Positions 12,187 through 24,295 of a stretch of DNA of 47,320 nucleotides are shown here, one piece after another; position 1 is the first letter of the stretch; the number at the start of each line of letters is the position of its first letter. The position numbers were made by a program, and so were the translations under genes. The notes below the pieces were generated by a model, which searched no databases, had not been told where the DNA came from, and worked only from the letters and a program-made list of their open reading frames with translations. Source of the DNA: Octopus bimaculoides (lineage: Eukaryota); the NCBI RefSeq assembly GCF_001194135.2, contig NC_068992.1, positions 45,357,500 through 45,404,819 on the forward strand, given 5' to 3'.

Positions 12187-12515
12187 TGTTGTTGTTGGCA
12201 CTCCGTCGCTTACGACGTCGAGGGTTCCAGTTGATCCGATCAACGGAACAGCCTGCTCATGAAATTAACGTGCAAGTGGCTGAGCACTCCACAGACATGT
12301 GCACCCTTAACGTAGTTCTCGGGGATATTCAGCGTGACACAGTGTGACAAGGCACAACAGAAACAGGAAGTAAGAGTGAGAGAAAGTTGTGTCACCATCC
12401 CCTGCCGGAGCCTCGTGGCGCTTTTGGTGTTTTCGCTCAATAAACACTCACAACGCCTGGTCTGGGAATCGAAACCGCGAGTCCGCTGCCCTAACCACTG
12501 GGCCATTGCGCCTCC
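12187..12515 (-). mobile_element. SINE family B, near full length, with head and internal deletions
   Basis: Minus strand ggaggcgcaatggcccagtggttagggcagcggactcgcggtttcgattcccagacc...ggagtgccaacaacaa. Confidence 0.92.
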
Positions 12516-13092
12516 ACTGAACTTTGCTATCATATTTACGATAAGGCATGCACTGATTTTTCTCTCTAATAAAATCTGTTTTTTTTTATCTTTCTATTAT
12601 TTTATAAATTTTTTTGCAGACAAATTCAGCTCACTTTCAAATCGGTCATAGATAATATCAATATCTCGTTATTGTTGCTATTTTCATTGATTCAGAATTT
12701 AAATCGTATGCTAATTTCTCAGTGCCGTTTATTTCAATCTCTGTAATGTCTACCGTTATAATCTTTATTCTGCAATCTTCATATATTCAGCCAGCCTCTG
12801 CTTCACACATTTGCTTATTTTGACACACAGGTGACACTTAATATCTCGTTAAAATCCATGTATGTTTACAGTAATAAGTTTTGTTCTAATCATTTATTTT
12901 CGCGTACCTACTATCACGTAACGCGTTGCTCATGTAATGACCAACATATCTTGCTATATTCAGTTCGGATCTCGAGATTCACTGTTCAAAAAAGGAATTG
13001 TTTCACGTTCTCTCAACAGCTTTTACTTATGACGTCAACAACATAAAATTTCCGGTGTTAAGAATAATGTTTCTAAAATGGAAAGAGAATTT

Positions 13093-13178
13093 GGCCGATT
13101 AGTTTGGCGCAATGGTAGAATGTCTGTACATCTGTAAACGATGTAGGTGCGAGTCCTACAGTCAGCCTCCAATTTTTT
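13093..13178 (+). pseudogene. Solo tRNA-like unit (tRNA pseudogene or Pol III element) with T6 terminator
   Basis: A-box TGGCGCAATGG, T-arm GTAGG-TGCGAGT-CCTAC, acceptor-like pairing GCCGATT/AGTCAGC, TTTTTT at 13173-13178; anticodon arm does not fold. Confidence 0.5.
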
Positions 13179-13803
13179 ACATGCTATTATTTAAGCCTCT
13201 TGATCTTCGCGATTCGCTGTTCCATAAAAAGAATTATGTATATATCTTTTTTTCTTTTATTTGAAAACTGTTCAACAAAAAAGCACCCATTTATTGTGAC
13301 ATAAAATTAACTTGTTCTATAACTTTACAACTCCTTAGAATAACTACAAATCTATCGGTAGTGAAGCCCCTGTTCTCGCCCACGCTCACAAACACAATAC
13401 TAGTCATTTTGCAATACGTACATCAACGTACCCCTTATTCTTCTATAAATAATATAGTAAACGTAACTTCTCGTCTGTCACTTTCTGAAGTTTCTCCATT
13501 AGTTATGCTGATAATTAAATTCAATCCCACCAAATTCTTGTGCATTAACCTTTATAAATTTTCGTAACATTAAATTTTTCTGTATAGATTGAAAAATCTC
13601 ATTACCTGAAATTTCAAAGTAACTGTCATTCTCTCTGTAATAAATATTTCACCACTTTCCTAGCAAGTCATTTAGGTAATCATTATTTTGTTATTCTTTT
13701 GTAACTAAAAATATATACATTCAAACGCATGCGCATATACACCGCAAAACGCATGTATAAATATGTATTTGTTTATGCGTATATCCATTTATTTTTCTCC
13801 TTC

Positions 13804-13806
<3 letters not shown>

Positions 13807-13842
<36 letters not shown>

Positions 13843-13925
13843 CAGACACACACATATAAATAGATAGACAGGTAGATAGATAGAGAGAGAGAGAGAGAGA
13901 AAAAAAGAGAAAGAGAGAGAGAGAT
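13807..13925. repeat. (TC)n and (GA)n microsatellites in inverted arrangement
   Basis: Direct reading. Confidence 0.9.
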
Positions 13926-14075
13926 GTGAATACAGATATCCACATACATGCATATGCGCGTTTGTATGTGTATGTGTGTGTAGGAAGGGAAATATATGGA
14001 GACAAACGAAAAAGACGAAGAAGTAAACGAAGAAAATGACATAACTCTATAGGTCTTTCTCTCTCTCTTTTTTGC

Positions 14076-14077
<2 letters not shown>

Positions 14078-14113
<36 letters not shown>

Positions 14114-14202
14114 ATATATATATATACATTCATACTAGCGCACATACATGCGTATATATGTATATGTATGTATGCACATATATATACAAACCCCACCATG
14201 TA

Positions 14203-14251
<49 letters not shown>

Positions 14252-14321
14252 NNNNNNNNNNNNNNNNNNNNNNNNNNNNNNNNNNNNNNNNNNNNNNNNN
14301 NNNNNNNNNNNNNNNNNNNNN

Positions 14322-14392
<71 letters not shown>

Positions 14393-14430
14393 TATACCCT
14401 CCCCACCATATATATATATATATATGCAGC
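14078..14430. repeat. (TATC)n, (TA)n and (CA)n cluster around a gap
   Basis: Direct reading. Confidence 0.9.
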
Positions 14431-14769
14431 CGCACACACGTTTGCACAAGCACATATATGTATATAGCATTTTGATATTAGGTGAAGCCTACAAATATAT
14501 CGTTCTCTGTTCTATCCTGAAGGCTTATCTGCATTTGGAGTGATTAGAAAATTAATTGTGCTGGCATAATGTCGTACTGAGATCATCTGATGACATTTAA
14601 ATTTTCTGGATTTAATTAACTCAGCAATCAGAATAGACGGTAGATTTAATCAATATTCTTCAAATATTATGCCATGTCATGCATTTAAAATAACCATCGG
14701 AATGTAGTCGATATATATATAGTCAGTGAGGATGTTGAATGTGATCTGTGATCGGAGAGGCGCATAAAC

Positions 14770-14861
14770 CGTCATCATCCACATCATCATCATCATCATC
14801 GTCGTCGTCATCATCATCAACATCGTCATCGTCATCATCATTGTCATTGTTATCGTCATCG

Positions 14862-14915
<54 letters not shown>
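14770..14915. repeat. (TCA/TCG)n trinucleotide repeat
   Basis: Direct reading; source of the poly-S, poly-D and poly-M ORFs. Confidence 0.95.
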
Positions 14916-15472
14916 CCATTATTATTGTCGACATATGGTGAAGTCACGTCAGGACAGCTTATAGCTCCGTAAGATTTAAGCGTTTCATCAGTCGTTTCGT
15001 TCGTTAAAACTTATTCAATTATATATAATTTTAATGGCAATGTATGCATCGAGGATGTGATATTTCTGTTTAATTGAACCCCTTTTAGGGGGTGCAATTC
15101 AGTGGTATTTATTTTGCGGTTCTTGTTAAAAAACAAACTTTTTTTAAAGTTATTTTTGCAAAATTTTCAAATATCTCAGAACACGACACAGCTATAAGAA
15201 CCATCATTATCATCGACAACAGCTATAACTACAATGTATACAACAACAGCAGCAACAATAACAACAAGAAGGAAACAATATCCACAAGAAATATGAAAGC
15301 AAACTGAGAAACTGTAGCAAAGAAAACATTGATGGCACTACTGCCACTATCATCAACATCAGCAACAGCAGTGGTAGGAGTTCATTCTTGAAACACAGAA
15401 GGACAGACTGTAATTAAGACTTCATTAGTCGTGTAAAAAACAATGCAGGAAGAATTTCCGGATAGTGTGGGG

Positions 15473-15524
<52 letters not shown>

Positions 15525-16239
15525 TAGTAAGAATACTGGACATTCAGTAAACAACACGTGGTGAAATTATGAGTTGAAAAAATGTAAAGAAAAATGAAGA
15601 AAAATGCCTTCGTTTCGCATAGTTTAATATATTTTTATATAAATATATGCGAATTAATCACTACACAATACCCTTTGAAAAGCTAATTTAAATAGCGAAA
15701 ACCGGTTGGGATTTTACAATACCCATTTANNNNNNNNNNNNNNNNNNNNNNNNNNNNNNNNNNNNNNNNNNNNNNNNNNNNNNNNNNNNNNNNNNNNNNN
15801 NNNNNNNNNNNNNNNNNNNNNNNNNNNNNNNNNNNNNNNNNNNNNNNNNNNNNNNTGTGTGTGTGTGTGTGTGTGTGTATCTCGGATATATATATATATA
15901 TACAGTAAAATGATTTTATCACACTAATAGAAATATTAAAATGAAAAAACGTCGAAAATGCAATTCCTTTATACTCATACTCACACATATTATGTACTTC
16001 AACACATAATTTAATCTATTTATATACATTATTAACTGTGAGTGAATTTATTTGAGCTGTAGTTAATGTTTTATGTCGAGCTCAGAGAAGTTTACTCTCA
16101 AAACATTCTTCTACAACTATTGTATTTAATGAATCAACATCAATTCCTTTCTAAATATCAACTTCATTTTATTACCATCACCTCATTTATTTTACTTTAA
16201 CTTTACATAGGGGACCTGCTTTCAGTATATTCCCCTTAG

Positions 16240-16257
16240 ATGTAAAGCGTCTATTAG
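16240..16257 (+). other. Candidate 18-nt symmetric microexon (phase 1-1, xVKRLL)
   Basis: tatattccccttag|ATGTAAAGCGTCTATTAG|gtatga. Confidence 0.25.
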
Positions 16258-16571
16258 GTATGACATGAGTTTATTTCACTTTCTATTCATTCTGCATTTA
16301 TCAATTTTGCATAAACGACTCCAGGTTTTGCATCTGAGTTCTTACATCTACTATACAAACGATATGTTTACTATGCCACAGTAAATGACACAATAAACAT
16401 TCCCTTCAAAATTTGGTATTTATCAACCTTAACAAACGAACTTAGCTATACGTATATATTCAATTTTGTTCCATGTTTTTATAAGTATATATTTATAAAA
16501 GTATACATAACTACATACATTCAATTCGCCTTAATCATTTCTACCAACATGAAAACTGACGCATATCTCAC

Positions 16572-16745
16572 AATGGTTTTGAATTTTAGCACAAGGCCAA
16601 CAATTTCGGTGCAGGTGTAAGTCGTTTACATCGCCTCTTGTGCTCAACTGGTACTTATTTTATTGACTTTCAAAGAATGAAAGGCAATGTCTGCCACGGT
16701 GGAATTTGAACGCAGAACGTGAAGGCGGTAAAAAGGCTGCATGGC
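16572..16745 (-). mobile_element. SINE family A lacking its A-box
   Basis: Minus strand acgttctgcgttcaaattccaccgtggcagacattgcctttcattc...aagtaccagttgagcac...gatgtaaacgact. Confidence 0.8.
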
Positions 16746-16759
16746 TTTTTCCGGGCTCA

Positions 16760-16990
16760 TATCCATATTTGAATAAATTTGCTCGAAGACGACAGAAGAG
16801 ACGACAATGGACCGATAGCGTGATGCCAAACGGTCTGATATGTGGCGATTTATTTTGACCACCAAGCAGGTACTGCTGTGCATTTCGGCAAACCAATGTC
16901 TGAAAACGGATCCGCATACGGCTGATTTCAGGACGGCTCCTAAGTAACGATGTTCGATACTATCGATGGCTTTAAATTGATCCAACATTC
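16760..16990 (-). mobile_element. Decayed L1/Tx1-clade reverse transcriptase fragment
   Basis: LDQFKAIDSIEHRYLGAVLKSAVCGSVFRHWFAEMHSSTCLVVKINRHIS matches the Tx1/L1 pattern LDQxKAFDRVxHxYLxxVLxxxGFGxxFxxWIxxxY...VxINGxxS; next frame PFGITLSV resembles the approach to RQGCPLS. Confidence 0.72.
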
Positions 16991-16999
16991 GTCAATGCC

Positions 17000-17046
17000 T
17001 TTTACCATATATTTTTACGTATATTTTTACCGTATATTTTTACGTA
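17000..17046. repeat. ~13-bp imperfect tandem repeat (ttttaccgtatat), about 3.5 copies
   Basis: Direct reading. Confidence 0.75.
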
Positions 17047-17929
17047 CCTGAAATTTTCCAAAATACATTGAATGCTCAACGCGGAAGTAAATCTAATTTC
17101 CTGTATACGCTTAACGATAGAGCCGTAAATATCTACAAGTCGTTTTCCTTTTGGGTGCACTAATTGATACAACGCCCAAAGCTTGTAAGTACGAGTAACC
17201 TAATGTACCTACATGTTTCTATCAAAATACACACACGCACACACATATATATATTTCAAATATATCCTTCTTTGCATGCTATAGTTTTGTCCATTAACTT
17301 ATATAACTTGTTTGTTGTCGTATATTAACCGATCTATCAATTTATCAACACACACACGTGCACACATATTCATACATGCATGTATACATATCTTTATATA
17401 CGTACACATTTTTACATATATACCTACATATACACCCACGCACACACAAATACATTCTTGCGTGTGTATATGTATATTCACAGACACAGAAACAGACAGA
17501 CAGACAGACACATTCATATATGTGGATGTGTGAGTGTGCTTCCTTGCTTGTGCATGTAAGTATAGAAAGCGTTGGAATTGTGAAACTGAAGCCACTATGT
17601 ACGTTCAATTTTCCTATATTTTGCATTAATTCCATCATATGAAATGGCACTCATGTCACATAGTGCTTAGCATCAAATATGGAATAAATAGCAGAATTGA
17701 AAATCCGAAAATGTACATGAACTTTCTATAAAATTTGAAGCAACTTCAATCGACCATATTTTACTTATGGGATTTGTGGTTTTATGAAGAGGTAAGTTTA
17801 AAGCAGCTACATTTAGACGGCTAATTCTGAACTTTCTGCTTCCCTTGATTTCATGTATGACAATGACTTCAAAGATACTGGATCAGACGTTGAAGAAAAG
17901 AATAACAATGTATTATATTTCTGAATGGA

Positions 17930-18000
<71 letters not shown>

Positions 18001-18291
18001 CGTGCGTGCGTGTGTATGTCTGTGCGTGTCTGTGTCTGTGTCTGTAAATGTATGTATATATGTATGAGTCTGTATNNNNNNNNNNNNNNNNNNNNNNNNN
18101 NNNNNNNNNNNNNNNNNNNNNNNNNNNNNNNNNNNNNNNNNNNNNNNNNNNNNNNNNNNNNNNNNNNNNNNNNNNNNNNNNNNNNNNNNNNNNNNNNNNN
18201 NNNNNNNNNNNNNNNNNNNNNNNNNNNNNNNNNNNNNNNNNNNNNNNNNNNNNNNNNNNNNNNNNNNNNNNNNNNNNNNNNNNNNNNNNNN

Positions 18292-18350
<59 letters not shown>

Positions 18351-19065
18351 TATGCATATATGCATTTGTGTGCGTGTGCATGCATACACACATCGCACAT
18401 AGATAGATATATACGCATGTATGGATTACGCATTTTTGTACGAAAACATATGTTCAGCACGTTGACTGGAAAGTACATGCTGTGACTCGTTAGGAAATAT
18501 ACAGTGAGAACGTGTTTGTGTGTGTATTATTACAAAATATCCTACAAAGTTTCCAAACCTGAATTGCATGCATGTCCGGGTGGCACACAGGTCAGCAACT
18601 ACACAGGAATGCATGCATTTTATGAAAATATCTTTCTCGAATAAAATTATTCGCTAACACTCAAAGGTAACTTGAAGTTAATATAAAGAATTATAAGGTA
18701 CACCGATAACTTCAAAATTCCAGAGGAATGCATGTACGATATTTTTTAATGCATTAGTTATTACAAAACAAAGATTTTGGTACTCTATGATGATTTAGCA
18801 CACATTTCATAGGAATGCAGTGCATAATGCAGGCTGGGAAACATTCATGTAGTTCAGCAGGAAAGTAAACTTGGATGGTTCATTTGCCCGGTGGATACAC
18901 GCTAATGCTAAATTTAAGGTGTTTGAGAATATAATTAATATATTAAAGTATAATATCCAACATACAATATGGTTGGTAATTAAAATTTGTAGCCCATTTT
19001 AATCGGAAACCAAATCCATCAATATTGAAACCGATGTTTCTTTGTAACTGGCACAGTATACAAAA

Positions 19066-19602
19066 CGATCCATTCACCTTTTCCGTTCACCATTCCTGGG
19101 AGGGTCGTGGCACCTTCGTCATAGGGTCCCACCAGAAGCAAACGTCATTTCACTTTCCAGCTAGGTTTCGCAAACGTGACCAACTTCGACTATGGATATT
19201 ATCCAACCAGCTCGTTCTTGATCTACTGTTAGATCTTTTGCTTGTTGACTAGGCTGGAAGAATCCGGCTAGCGATTCTTTTCTGTGACATTCTAATCACA
19301 TATCCGAAGTACCAGATCTATGACCTCTCAATGCAGAGAAGTAGCGGCTTGACCTACAGAGATTCCCTCATCCCCAAAGCGACGCAATCTGTCGAGTAAA
19401 AACACCATTTTGGCAGCTTGTATTCGCGATCGCACACTTTCGGTTGTGACCCAACACTCAGCCATTTATGAGGATAAGTACGAAAACCGAATTGAAGACA
19501 AATTGTATGGTTCTTTTTTTCTTTTACAATCTCTTCTCGAATATTAGTGCTGGCACATTACTGGCCAGCATCTGCAATTCACGCATCCAATCTAGCCTGC
19601 TG
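19066..19602 (-). mobile_element. 3' segment of an RTE-clade (Rex3/Expander-like) LINE, decayed
   Basis: Minus translation: RLDA*IADAG; FNSVFVLILING; ECWVTTESVRSRIQAAKMVF; LLCIERS*IWYFGYVIRMSQKRIASRIL; RSRTSWLDNIHSRSWSRL; ends in GAATGGAT, like the (GGAT)n Rex3 tail. Confidence 0.85.
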
Positions 19603-19616
19603 GTTAATTAAATTTC

Positions 19617-20189
19617 GACGCTAGATGTCTGGAAAAGAGATATAGAGAAATTATGGAGAACAACCTCATCGAAGAAGTGTTGCTTTCGCCCTGGACTCAG
19701 TATGACGTACCAGATATTCACTTTATGGCAGGTGCTCAAAAATAGTGGGAATATTGCCAAGTGGTGCTTTATAAACCTCGAAGAGGCATATGACAAGGTG
19801 CTATGGAACATACTGAGGGGATGCAGGAGTGTAGGATTAATGGGCGACGTCTGGTTGCCATTAGGTCCCTATGCGAATGTCCTATACATGGTTGCTGGGC
19901 TTCGGCAGGAATGCGAATTGCCACCGTTCCTTTTCATAATTTTTAGGAAGTGAATTTGACGTATGCAGCCGGGGAAGTGGTTTTACGATCGATGGGTGTA
20001 GAATCAGTCGACTGATATTTGCAAAAGACATGGTGTTACTTGGCCCACCAGAAGATGATGATCCCCAGCATACACTGAAAGGGTTTGCTGCCGAGTATTC
20101 CATGGTAGGGATGAGAATTAGTGCTGTAAAATGTGAGACGTGTCCTCTGAAGAAAGGCATTATTGCAATACGTGGAAAAGTTTAATTAC
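19617..20189 (+). mobile_element. RT core of the same RTE-clade LINE, inverted relative to its 3' segment
   Basis: ARCLEKRYREIMENNLIEE; CFRPGLSMTYQIFTLWQV; FINLEEAYDKV; GLRQECELPPFLFIIF; RISRLIFAKDMVLLA (FADD motif decayed); GMRISAVKCET; QYVEKFNY. Confidence 0.88.
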
Positions 20190-20789
20190 AAAATCAAATA
20201 TACCATCAACATTTGGCAAGAAGGATCTTCGCAATTTTAGAAACGCCTTCCACCTCTTCAGTTATTTTAGAAAATATTCGGAAAATCGTGCCCAGCAACA
20301 TTAACAAATGAAGAAATCGATCGCATCAAAGCAATAAATATTCAGCAATTGCGAAAAACAGGAGAAAGGTCAGATACATTCAATGTTTTACCCTCTATCT
20401 CAACACACAGCTCACGAAATATAGGCACACACAGTCATTCATCAGAATATGTCACTATTGCACAAAGACCGAATAATGAAAATAACAGAAATACATAGAA
20501 AGAAAGAAAACTAAAACAAACGGCATCTAAATAGAAGTTGATATACAAAGTGAAGTGACACTAAGATAATTACTTAAAAAAAAGAGATATTATCCCCACT
20601 TACTTTGTACTGCCTATGATTACTACAACAATTGTGGAAACGACTCCAAAAGAAATGAAGGAAAATTCCAGATTAAGGGAACTGAAAAACACCTTCATCG
20701 TATTGCGTTTTCTATATTTTACTTTGTGTGGGAATACCTGTCTTCTCCTAGACAAGTAAAAATATAGAATATAGAAGAGAGTGAACAAG

Positions 20790-22450
20790 GGAAAATGTCA
20801 CCCAATTCAAATCAAGGCGTTAAGACAGCAAACGAAGAAATTCTGTTAGAAGTGAAAGAAATTAGCAATAATTCTCAATTTTGTCAGGAGAATTTGATGA
20901 CAAGAAAATTAATGTCAGCGGAAACAACAAGCCGGAAAGTAGCTTTCAACTGGTGAACGTTAGTTAAATTTAAAAAAAAAACACTATGCCTAGAATAAGT
21001 GAGACTGTAATGTTGTAGGCATCGAAACAAAGCACTGGACCGAGGCAAGAAAGTAACGATGACAATATTCAAAGGACAAAATATTGGATGAAGTGTCGTT
21101 AGGGTAATCTTTGTAGCAAATATTCTATGTTGAAAATGCCAGTACACCCGAAATATATGAAAAATGAATTAACTGAACATCAATAATCCAAGAAAATTTG
21201 CTGGTTAGAATTATTCCAATGCATCTGAGCAACAAAGAATACTTGAGGTAAAGATGGAATTAAATAAATTCAGATTAGAAGTAAAATCCTTGTATATCAG
21301 GGCAAAAATATATTCACAAAAATTTAGACAAATTCATAAATAAATGGAAGTGAAAATTCTGAAAATAAATTTTAAAAAAAGAAAGAAATATAACACACTG
21401 ACGATGGACCGTTATGTGAGAATACCATTAAATTTTGGGGAGTAGAATACGAAAAGGAAGAAAATAATTTCACTTCAAAGATGCGAACAAGTGATCGCTG
21501 ATTCAATAGTTACGAAGACTAATTTCAAAAGACATGCAATGCTGACAAAATAAAAACCTGCAAAACCAAAGTGAAAATTACAGAACAAATACCAAGCAGG
21601 CACTCCTATAGTCGTCATGGCTACAAAAATGCTGAAATTAATTGCGTAAGATTCAGACAACGAAACAACGTCATGTGAAGAAACGAAAGCCCCTCTTCAT
21701 CAAGACGGATTTTTTCTCAGAGCTAGTGAATCCAATTTAAACAAATGAATGGCAACTATATCCCAAAAGACGATTTAAGACACAGAAAACCACAACCTGC
21801 ATCCAGCATTGAATAATCTTATTATGGAATACCGAATGGAAACATAGTAAATAGTAGTAATTACAGAAATATGAACACGGCCGAGCGGAACTTTAGAGCA
21901 TGTTTTCTAGATGGAATCGATAAAAATCGGGACATTTAGTGCTACGAGATGCATATGTCGAATAAAAATCAACTGTGAGGTAATAATCCAATAATAATCC
22001 AAATGTGAGGCAATAATCCAAAATTATTCATTCTGTTGAACAAAAAACTATCAACACAACAGATTTAAATTATCTCAAAAGAACTAAAACTCATCCTGGA
22101 TCTCTCAAAATTTTAATTTTGATAATATACGAGATGCTACCTCAAATTGTGAAGAAAATTACGTCCGACTAAGATGTATTGGATAAGGATAATGTGAAGT
22201 ACCTAAAATGATAAGGAAAAATTCACCATTGAACGAATGAAATTCATCGGAATCGAGATGGGTGCAATAGTTACCCCAACTTACATTAGTTTAGTTATGA
22301 TATACATAGTAGTCGAAATTATAAGAAGGCGCTAGATTGAGAAAAAAGGCGACAATATCCATAAATATCAATTGGTTTGGAGCAAACAATACTTGGGTTG
22401 TCCTTTATCCTGTATATGTACATTCTCGATCAACTTAATGAGTTCGAAAC
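20790..22450 (+). mobile_element. Highly decayed Penelope-like retroelement remnant
   Basis: YYGIPNG at ~21820 (cf. FYGLPKIHK), FLD and LRDAY downstream, KFIGIEMGAIVTPTYISLVMIY at 22240 (cf. QxxGxAMGxxxAPxYANLFMGY) in the expected order; many stops; boundaries approximate. Confidence 0.5.
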
Positions 22451-22499
22451 TTTATCAATAATATATATATATGATAGAATTCAATACACAATGTAATGC

Positions 22500-22823
22500 C
22501 GGGTACTTATTCTATCGGTTTATTTTTACCGAACAGATAAGTTACAGCGATGTAAACACAACAACACCGGTTGTCAAGTTGTAAGGGGACAAACACAAAG
22601 AAGCACACATATACACACGCGCGTAAACGTAGATGCACACATACACACAGACACACACATACACATGACGGGCTACATTCAGTTTTCGCCAAAGACATTC
22701 ACTCACAAGGCTTTGATCGGCCTGGGGCTATAGTAGAAAACACTCGCCCAAGGTGCCACGCAGTGGAGCTGATCCCAGAAAGATGTTGTTTAGGGAACAA
22801 ACTTTTACCACACAACATCGCCC
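22500..22823 (-). mobile_element. CORE-type SINE (OR2-like) with internal (TG)n
   Basis: Minus strand: head, gcgtggcaccttgggcgagtgttttctactatagcc, gccttgtgagtg, (TG)-rich spacer, ttgtcccc...ttgacaaccggtgttg...gatagaataagtacc. Confidence 0.82.
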
Positions 22824-23289
22824 ATGTTTTATTGGTAATTATTCTATAATCCCCAGAAATATGGCAAATACTCTTCACCAGGGAGAAATTTCGAAATAGA
22901 AACCTAAATAATGAAGCTAAACTCAGATTTTATTCAGACATAATAACCATTCTTCTGTTTGAAATATATAAAAATAATACGAAACCCTGCTCCAAATGGA
23001 TTGTTTTGTTGGAATCTTAAACCGATTCATAATTCATAAATTGTGTATCCATTGAAATCTGTGAAGCGATAATATTCTGGAAACAAGGACTAGAATAACT
23101 GATAAGACTTTGAATAATTCTTTGAAGTTTCAAAGAGTTGTCAATAATTGAAAGCAGTATATAGCATTCTTAATTAACCTTCTCTTTTGAACTCTACGTT
23201 TGCTACTTTTAAATACGTTGTAAGATGACAAGTACAAAATGTTGACGAACTTTATGTTACGGCTTTACAATATCCTCTTTTTAACACTA

Positions 23290-23395
23290 TATGTATGTCT
23301 GTTTGTTTCTCTTTATATCTTACTCTCACCTTATATCTATGTTTCTCTTTATATCAAACACGCTATTTATATCTATGTCTCTCTCTATATCTAAC
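23290..23395. repeat. ~36-bp imperfect minisatellite, about 3 copies
   Basis: ttatatctatgtttctctttatatc core repeated. Confidence 0.65.
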
Positions 23396-24129
23396 GATCA
23401 TGTCTGTTGCATGTCAAATGCCATATTTCTTTTCTAAATTAACTTTGTTTGAATTCTTGTTGTCCGAAAAGCGTGTCTTTACCCATGGTTGGAAGGCAAG
23501 TAATGTAAAGTTGGTAGGGAGTGTATAATGAAACTGATTAGCAGCTCAAATGTGGTCACAGGTAATGTATCGAAGTGAAATAACAACTGCAAGCTTGGAG
23601 CAATTGCCCACTGCAAGCTGACACAGTAGTGACATTGTATCTATGACGTTTTTATTTTAATTTGCAGTGAAATTAAGGAACATTTCTAAAACTCTATTAA
23701 CAAATGAACCTTAAAGACGCTAAATCTTTAATCATCTCCTGTCATTACCAAAACATTATCACAAAGATAAGTTTTATCCTTCTAGCTAGAAAGTACTTTG
23801 GATCTTAATATTTGGTGGCCGTATACAAAGAGCAAATGAAACCCACATTACAGATATTCCAAGCGTTTTCAGAAAACACCAGGAAAGGAAGCCAACGGTA
23901 AACTGAAACAGTATTTTAGGTTCGACTTAAGACTCTAAAAGCACTTAAACTCCTCGACGTTCATCCTTATATAGTGTTTCGTAATAAAAGAAACAGCAGT
24001 CATGTGTTGGTATCAATTCGATTAACTTTTAACTTAAGAATATTTATACAATGGTATTACTTTGAGTTAATGTCGGAAATCAATATCTAAACGTGACATT
24101 TCATTATTACAATTTTTTTTTTAAAGATA

Positions 24130-24295
24130 TGATCAAAGCCATTCTAGCCATGACCATCTCATGTTATTAAAGTTCTCTAGGACTGCAGTACTGAACATGT
24201 TCTTCCTCGTTTAGATAGTGAATTTTGGCAAAGATTATAGCTCGTCACTACGTCTTGTAGGTTGAGTGACTACTGTGAGGCTCTTTCATAGCCTA
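24130..24295 (+). repeat. Degenerate dispersed repeat; related pieces at ~28335-28500 and ~42370-42500
   Basis: Tail ggttgagtgactactgtgaggctctttcatagcc resembles ggctgaggaacaactcagaggctccctcattagc at ~42465; alignment by eye. Confidence 0.35.

Noticed and set aside
14677-14972. Poly-M, poly-D and poly-S ORFs
   Set aside because: Three readings of one (TCA)n repeat, with no flanking coding evidence.
23545-23566. QLKCGH reading before cag|gtaatg, RING-like
   Set aside because: Acceptor lacks a pyrimidine tract and no other RING segments were found.
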